Source: Candidatus Pacearchaeota archaeon
GTDB lineage: Archaea > Nanobdellota > Nanobdellia > Pacearchaeales > GW2011-AR1
Length of the DNA: 41,992 bases
NCBI GenBank assembly: GCA_018304175.1
Contig: JAGVWT010000008.1
Location: 1-41,992, forward strand
Reading direction: 5' to 3'
Shown here in pieces: positions 37,283 through 41,992 of the stretch. The translations under genes were made by a program, and so were the position numbers. The notes below the pieces were generated by a model. It made no database searches. It was not told where the DNA came from and saw only the letters and a list, made by a program, of their open reading frames with translations. The stretch's first letter is position 1. The number at the start of each line of letters is the position of its first letter.

Positions 37283-38164
37283 ATGATAAAAGATACATTA
37301 AAATCAAAAGAAAAGAAATCAGATAAAGAAGAAACTGGAGAAAAATTCAGCGAAGAAATGAAGGAAGAAGCCCCTTCGCTAAAGCAAAGAGCAGAAAAGG
37401 AATCTCTTGAGACAGAAGAAAAGAATAAAATTTCAATAATCGACAAGAAAAAAGAGCTTTTGGAGAAAGCTAAGAAACTCGCTGAAAAAATTTCCGAGGT
37501 TAAGACTGAAGAGTTAAAGGAAAAAATCAAAATCAAGAAGAGGTCTGAAATGTTGATTCCCCTCGAAGACTATGTCAAGTCCGGAATTTATATTGGAACA
37601 AAAGTTGTTACTCCAAATATGAGGCCTTTTGTTTATAGAAGGAGAGCAGACGGACTGGCTATTTTCAACACAGATTTGATAGATGAAAAATTAAAAGAAG
37701 GAATTGAATACCTTGCAAAATTCGCTCCTGAAGATGTAGTTTTGGTTTGTAAAAGAGAAGTTGGGTGGAAAGCTGCTGAAAGATTTTCTCAATTGACAGG
37801 AATTAGAGTTTTCGCGAAAAAATACCCTGCAGGAATTCTTACAAACACGCAACTTCCTGATTTTTTTGAGAATGAATTAACTATAATAACTGACTCTTGG
37901 CTTGACAAAAATGCTTTAAATGACACTTTAAAAGTCAATAAAAAAGTTTTAATGATTTGTGATACAAATAATTTTTCCAAAGGCGCTGACCAAATAATAA
38001 TTGGAAACAACAAAAGCGGAAAAAGCCTTGGAATTATTTTTTATCTTCTTGCGAGAGGATACTGCAAAAACAGAAATCTAAAAACTATTGATGAAATTCC
38101 TGATTTGGAATGGTGGACTGAAGAATACGAAATGCCTAAAGAAGCAAAGAGAATGGGTTATTAA
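37283..38164 (+). CDS. rps2: 30S ribosomal protein uS2 with 89-aa charged N-terminal extension
   Basis: Core YVKSGIYIGTK...MRPFVYRRRADGLAIFN, CDTNN, GNNKSGKSL begins at internal Met (37550). Confidence 0.93.
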   Translation: MIKDTLKSKEKKSDKEETGEKFSEEMKEEAPSLKQRAEKESLETEEKNKISIIDKKKELLEKAKKLAEKISEVKTEELKEKIKIKKRSEMLIPLEDYVKSGIYIGTKVVTPNMRPFVYRRRADGLAIFNTDLIDEKLKEGIEYLAKFAPEDVVLVCKREVGWKAAERFSQLTGIRVFAKKYPAGILTNTQLPDFFENELTIITDSWLDKNALNDTLKVNKKVLMICDTNNFSKGADQIIIGNNKSGKSLGIIFYLLARGYCKNRNLKTIDEIPDLEWWTEEYEMPKEAKRMGY

Positions 38165-38168
38165 AAAA

Positions 38169-38408
38169 ATGATTTCAAAAAGAGCAGTCTATAAATTATT
38201 TGATGAGGTTGGTTATTTAGGAAAGTATTATTGTTTAGGAAATATGATAGTGAATGCTGCCGATAAAGATTACTCCAGATTGATATTTATGACAGGAATG
38301 GCATATGCTTTTACATGGATGCATTCATCTTCAAAAAGAATTTTAGAAAAAAAAGCAGAAGCTGACAGAAACCAACTGGGAAATTTAGAAAGAGACTTGA
38401 ATGAATAA
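38169..38408 (+). CDS. 79-aa hypothetical orphan protein
   Basis: ATG 4 nt after the rps2 stop; hydrophobic centre; ends NLERDLNE. Confidence 0.55.
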   Translation: MISKRAVYKLFDEVGYLGKYYCLGNMIVNAADKDYSRLIFMTGMAYAFTWMHSSSKRILEKKAEADRNQLGNLERDLNE

Positions 38409-38438
38409 ATTTTTATATTTCTCATTCAAGTTATATTT

Positions 38439-38876
38439 ATGGATTTTTTAACAATAATTGCAACTTCTGTTTTTTTGATTCTTGGGGTTGTGATTGGTTA
38501 TTATTTGGGAAACAAAATTGCAACAATAAGAAGAGATATCTACTGGGAAAATGAATTGCCAAACCACAGGAAAGATGCTGTTATGAAATCACGTTCAGTT
38601 TTAGCAGGGATGTTTTCTGAACAACTCGCGCCATATCTCCCGAATTTTAATTTCAAACCGACAGAAGTTCGGTTTTTGGGAAAGCCAGTTGATTTTATTG
38701 TATTCAAAGGACTTGATGATAAAAATGTTGAAGAAATTGTTTTTGTGGAAGTAAAAAGTGGAAAATCACAAATGAACAAAACTGAAAAAAGCTTGAAAGA
38801 TGCTATTAGAAAAAAGAAAGTTAGATTTGAAGAATATAGAGTTGATGAAGATTTGACGAAAAGTGATGATATGTAA
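38439..38876 (+). CDS. membrane-anchored PD-(D/E)XK endonuclease related to archaeal Holliday junction resolvase (Endonuc_Holl-like)
   Basis: N-terminal TM; SRSVLAGMFSEQLAPYLP...FLGKPVDFIVFKG...FVEVKSG. Confidence 0.85.
   Translation: MDFLTIIATSVFLILGVVIGYYLGNKIATIRRDIYWENELPNHRKDAVMKSRSVLAGMFSEQLAPYLPNFNFKPTEVRFLGKPVDFIVFKGLDDKNVEEIVFVEVKSGKSQMNKTEKSLKDAIRKKKVRFEEYRVDEDLTKSDDM
38811..38870 (+). repeat. 60-bp perfect direct repeat, copy 1 (3' end of the nuclease CDS)
   Basis: AAAAAGAAAGTTAGATTTGAAGAATATAGAGTTGATGAAGATTTGACGAAAAGTGATGAT, identical to 39433-39492. Confidence 0.97.
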
Positions 38877-38909
38877 TAAAATAAGAAAGTTTATAAATAA
38901 GTCCGAATT

Positions 38910-38928
38910 ATTTTAACTAAGTTAAAAT
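38910..38928. promoter_or_regulatory. probable TA operator
   Basis: ATTTTAACT-A-AGTTAAAAT, a perfect 9-bp inverted repeat overlapping the ATG, downstream of TTTATAAA (38890-38897). Confidence 0.65.
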
Positions 38929-39160
38929 GGTTAAAGCACTAATAGAACTTAACGAAAATATCAACAGAGTTTTGAATTTAATAAAGGTGAAGTATGGATT
39001 TAAAGACAAATCAGAAGCAATAAATTTTGTAGTCAGTAAATATATTGATGATGAGGCTGAACCTGATTTAAGGCCCGAATTCATAGAAAAAATGAAAAAG
39101 AGGCAACTGGAGTCTACTATAAAAATCGCCGATTTCAAAAAGCATTTTGGTTTAAACTAG
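38927..39160 (+). CDS. type II antitoxin (DUF2683/RHH-like)
   Basis: MVKALIELNENINRVLNLIKVKYGFKDKSEAINFVV...EPDLRPEFIEKM; directly upstream of a RelE-like gene. Confidence 0.8.
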   Translation: MVKALIELNENINRVLNLIKVKYGFKDKSEAINFVVSKYIDDEAEPDLRPEFIEKMKKRQLESTIKIADFKKHFGLN

Positions 39161-39161
39161 G

Positions 39162-39425
39162 ATGTATTCTTATGAATTAAGGAAAAGTGTTGAAAGAATA
39201 TTCTTTAAACTAGCCAAGAAGAATTCCAAACAATTAATGATAATAGAAAATAAAATTCAGGAAATCAGACAAAATCCACAACATTATAAAAATTTAAGAA
39301 AACCTCTACAACATTTTAAGAGGGTTCATATTGACAAAAGTTTTGTGCTTTTATTTTCTGTGGATGATAATAAAAAACACATAATAATCGAAGATTATGA
39401 GCATCATGATAAAATTTATAAGTGA
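39162..39425 (+). CDS. RelE/YafQ-superfamily toxin
   Basis: FFKLAKKN...KIQEIRQNPQHYKNLRKPLQHFKRVHIDKSFVLLF...YEHHDKIY. Confidence 0.88.
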   Translation: MYSYELRKSVERIFFKLAKKNSKQLMIIENKIQEIRQNPQHYKNLRKPLQHFKRVHIDKSFVLLFSVDDNKKHIIIEDYEHHDKIYK

Positions 39426-39432
39426 AGGGTTG

Positions 39433-39492
39433 AAAAAGAAAGTTAGATTTGAAGAATATAGAGTTGATGAAGATTTGACGAAAAGTGATGAT
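39433..39492 (+). repeat. 60-bp perfect direct repeat, copy 2
   Basis: Identical to 38811-38870; followed by TCA TAA, an alternative in-frame gene end. Confidence 0.97.
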
Positions 39493-39530
39493 TCATAAGA
39501 TTTTTAAAATTAAAGTACTACGAGATTATT

Positions 39531-39776
39531 ATGAATATAAAAAATAAATTTACTATTTGTGTAGTATCATTAACTGCTATGACTTATTCAGTTGGCTGGT
39601 ATAATAAAAATGTTGGGCATTATGAACCAAATGCCGTACTAAGTACTTACGGTGATATTTCACCAGAAAATACTAGTGGGGCTATTCTAAATAGAGGGCA
39701 ATATATACAAGGAACTATTGAAAATAGATTAGAAAAAAGTGTTATAAGTATAAGTTTGTTTAAAAAAATCGAGTGA
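39531..39776 (+). CDS. 81-aa hypothetical orphan protein with hydrophobic N-terminus
   Basis: TATA TTTTTAAAA ends 22 nt before the ATG; FTICVVSLTAMTYSVGW. Confidence 0.55.
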   Translation: MNIKNKFTICVVSLTAMTYSVGWYNKNVGHYEPNAVLSTYGDISPENTSGAILNRGQYIQGTIENRLEKSVISISLFKKIE

Positions 39777-39794
39777 GTTTACGAGCGAGCAATT

Positions 39795-40310
39795 CTAAAC
39801 CTTAAAAAACAACCAACTTTTTTCTGGCTTGCTTCCATAACTTGTTTTCACAAGAACATAATTTCCTTTTAATTTCTTCCCATGAATAATTATTTCTGTT
39901 TTCTTTTTGTCTTCAAATTTTAATTCGTAAAATCCAGAATCCCAAATTTCAACTTTTCCTGCGCCGTAATTTCCTTCAGGAATTATTCCATGAAATTTCT
40001 CATAACCTATAGGATGGTCTTCTGTCATTACTGCTAAACGTTTAACACCTATTATTTTCGGAGGTTCTTTGGGAATTGCCCATGATTTCAAAACGCCGTT
40101 CATTTCTAATCTCAAATCCCAATGCAAATGAGACGCGTGATGTTTTTGAATCACATAGCGAGGCAACCTTATCGGTTTCCTTCGCATAACCTTCCCTTTA
40201 AAATTGTGCTCATGGCTGATTAGTTTTCCTTTTTTTATTTTAGACATTTTTCCTTCTGGTTCTGAAGTTTTTTTGAAATCTCTTTTTTTCTTGTATTCTT
40301 TTAAAGACAT
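39795..40310 (-). CDS. stand-alone LigD-type DNA 3'-phosphoesterase (PE) domain
   Basis: LKEYKKKRDFKKTSEP, VIQKHHASHLHWDLRLE, LKSWAIPK, KRLAVMTEDHPIGY, GNYGAG.V.IWD.G. Confidence 0.92.
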   Translation of the reverse strand: MSLKEYKKKRDFKKTSEPEGKMSKIKKGKLISHEHNFKGKVMRRKPIRLPRYVIQKHHASHLHWDLRLEMNGVLKSWAIPKEPPKIIGVKRLAVMTEDHPIGYEKFHGIIPEGNYGAGKVEIWDSGFYELKFEDKKKTEIIIHGKKLKGNYVLVKTSYGSKPEKSWLFFKV

Positions 40311-40311
40311 A

Positions 40312-40542
40312 TTAATTAGTTTTCTCTGTTATTTCGTTTTTCGCGCCGCACTCATGACAGAATTTTTGCTTTTCTCCTAAGATAACGCCACAACTTTTAC
40401 ATTTTGTAGTTATTGGTTTCATTTCAATTTTAGTCTTGTATCCAGCCTTTCCAGAAACAACTTTTGAAAAAACATCAACAAACTCCTCTGACCTCTGCAA
40501 GTCTTCCTGTACTTTTTGTCTGTCATATATCTCGCTCATCAT
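40312..40542 (-). CDS. small zinc-ribbon protein
   Basis: C-terminal CKSC...FCHECG. Confidence 0.7.
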   Translation of the reverse strand: MMSEIYDRQKVQEDLQRSEEFVDVFSKVVSGKAGYKTKIEMKPITTKCKSCGVILGEKQKFCHECGAKNEITEKTN

Positions 40543-40625
40543 TTTTCTAAAACTATTAAATTTAAAAATATTTACATGAATTTCACAACAATAATATTTA
40601 AGTAAAGTAAATTCCAAAAACCAAT

Positions 40626-40910
40626 ATGATTAAAAGAGAATGTACAGAGAGTTATAAATGGTTTGATTACATCCCAGTTATCGGAATCTTAATTTATTAT
40701 TCAAGAACAATTATAGAATTAACAGAGAAAAGGAGAGAATCTATAGCAGAATTATACAAAAATCCAAATGAGACTCATAAACAAACAGAAGACATAAACA
40801 CTAGTGATTTGTTTAATGTTATTACTTTCAGTTCTTATCATATAGCTTGTGCAAGTTTAATTGAAAAATTTGCGACGGGAACATCGGTACTTGAAAGAAT
40901 TATTAACTGA
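40626..40910 (+). CDS. 94-aa hypothetical orphan protein
   Basis: Hydrophobic FDYIPVIGILIYY segment; ends VLERIIN. Confidence 0.55.
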   Translation: MIKRECTESYKWFDYIPVIGILIYYSRTIIELTEKRRESIAELYKNPNETHKQTEDINTSDLFNVITFSSYHIACASLIEKFATGTSVLERIIN

Positions 40911-41070
40911 TTCTTCTAATTTTCTCGACGAAATATTTATAAATCTAAATTTTCTAAAGAACTTGTTTTAAAATGATTGCCTTAATAAAAAACTTTTTAG
41001 AAGTTAAGGTATGATGCATGCAAACGTTATAGTAATTTCTAGCCGATAGTTCGGATATTTAGGATTTTTA

Positions 41071-41091
41071 GCATTTATCGTCGATAAATGC
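41071..41091. repeat. perfect 10-bp palindrome upstream of 16S
   Basis: GCATTTATCG-T-CGATAAATGC. Confidence 0.8.
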
Positions 41092-41132
41092 GCTGATTTT
41101 AATTTATTGTTTTAAATTAAAAGATGATGTTA

Positions 41133-41992
41133 AATCCAGTTGATCCTGCTGGCGGCTGCGGCTCTCTGGTTTGTACTTAGACATGCAAGTTTTTCGAAAG
41201 AAAGCGAACTGCTCAGTAACACGTAGTTAATCTAACCTTAGGTCAAGGATACCCTCGGGAAACTGAGGTTAATACTTGATAGGAGATAGGTCCTGGAACG
41301 GTTTATCTCTGAAATTTGAGCCTAAGGATGAGACTGCGGTGGATTAGGTTGTTGGTGGTGTAACTGACTACCAAGCCGATGATCCATAAGGGCTCTTAGC
41401 GGAGGGGCCCTGAGAGGGAATCTGAGACACTATTCCCAGCCCTACGGGGTGCAGCAGTTAAGAATCATCTGCAATGCGCGAAAGCGTGACAGTTTGAACC
41501 AGAGTGCTTCTCAAACGAGAAGCTTTTGCCAAATGTAAAAAGTCTGGCGAATAAGGACTGGGTAAGACGAGTGCCAGCCGCCGCGGTAATACTCGCGGTC
41601 CAAGTCGCAGCCATCATTATTGGGTCTAAAACATCCGTAGCTTGTTATGTAAGTTCTTTGTGAAATCCTGTCTCTTAAGGGCAGGGCGTGCAGAGAATAC
41701 TGCATTACTAGAGACTGGGAGACGTAAGGAGTACGGGTAAAGTAACGGTAAAATGTGTTAATCTTACCCGGACTAACAATAGCGAAGGCACCTTACGAGA
41801 ACAGTTCTGACAGTGAGGGATGAAGGCCAGGGGCGCAAAACGGATTAGATACCCGTGTAGTCCTGGCAGTAAACACTGCACACTAAACATCGGGATCTCT
41901 TCGAGAGGTTTCGGTGCTGTAGGGAAGCCGAAGAGTGTGCTACCTGGGAAGTATAGTCGCAAGGCCGAAACTTAAAGGAATTGGCGGGGAGA
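41133..41992 (+). rRNA. rrs: 16S rRNA gene, 5' part (runs off the window)
   Basis: AATCCAGTTGATCCTGCTGG 5' helix, ACGGGGTGCAGCAG, GTGCCAGCCGCCGCGGTAA (41571), ATTAGATACCC (41844), AAACTTAAAGGAATTGGCGG. Confidence 0.98.

Larger units (their letters stand above)
38811..39492 (+). mobile_element. direct-repeat-bounded TA cassette (622-bp unit), no recombinase inside
   Basis: Promoter, operator, antitoxin and toxin lie wholly between the two 60-bp repeats. Confidence 0.55.

Noticed and set aside
2315-38779. Many antisense or overlapping ORFs in the track (e.g. 2315-2659, 6283-6753, 31629-32069, 34355-34750, 38540-38779)
   Set aside because: Shadow frames of well-supported genes, with no motifs or promoters.
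38811-39492. CRISPR array or IS element
   Set aside because: Only two repeat copies, 60 bp long, coding-derived and separated by 562 bp of genes; no cas genes, transposase or terminal inverted repeats.
39430-39498. 22-aa ORF (TTG start) in the second repeat copy
   Set aside because: It is simply the duplicated gene tail; no independent evidence of expression.
41511-41962. Minus-strand ORFs 41511-41705 and 41708-41962
   Set aside because: They lie antisense within the 16S rRNA gene.
1-41992. tRNA genes, self-splicing introns, inteins or stop-codon reassignment
   Set aside because: No cloverleaf or T-loop motifs seen. 16S spacing from 515F to 806R is normal (273 nt). Conserved proteins are uninterrupted and end at TAA, TAG or TGA.

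Overview
AT-rich archaeal chromosome segment. A DPANN lineage, probably Pacearchaeota-like, is inferred from the divergent 16S rRNA, streamlined gene set and many small orphan ORFs. Left to right: 3' end of a thrombospondin type-3 repeat surface protein; SRP (7S) RNA; an HPF/RaiA-like gene; a type IV pilus locus (6 class-III-signal pilin-like genes, ATPase, 2 TadC/ArlJ-type platform proteins); archease-rtcB; two large surface proteins; oapA/B/C; CCA-adding enzyme; a small membrane protein-presenilin-trmB unit; psmB-aCPSF1; mre11-rad50; rnj; a fused exosome/proteasome and rpoK-eno-rps2 superoperon; a membrane-anchored PD-(D/E)XK nuclease; a RelE-type toxin-antitoxin pair; a stand-alone LigD phosphoesterase; and the 5' ~860 nt of a 16S rRNA gene. 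Best leads: (1) a 622-bp TA cassette bounded by a perfect 60-bp direct repeat of the nuclease gene's 3' end, with no recombinase in the window; (2) a pilin-like protein carrying an endostatin-like (DUF1554) domain; (3) an AAAAC-N1-2-GTTTT palindrome at exactly -26..-14 of four surface or membrane transcription units; (4) a putative pseudoknot just downstream of an SRP RNA with a non-GNRA helix-8 loop; (5) a triple LSxxTNAH repeat domain. All family calls come from recognising motifs by eye; no database search was run. No tRNA, CRISPR array, transposase or integrase was seen.
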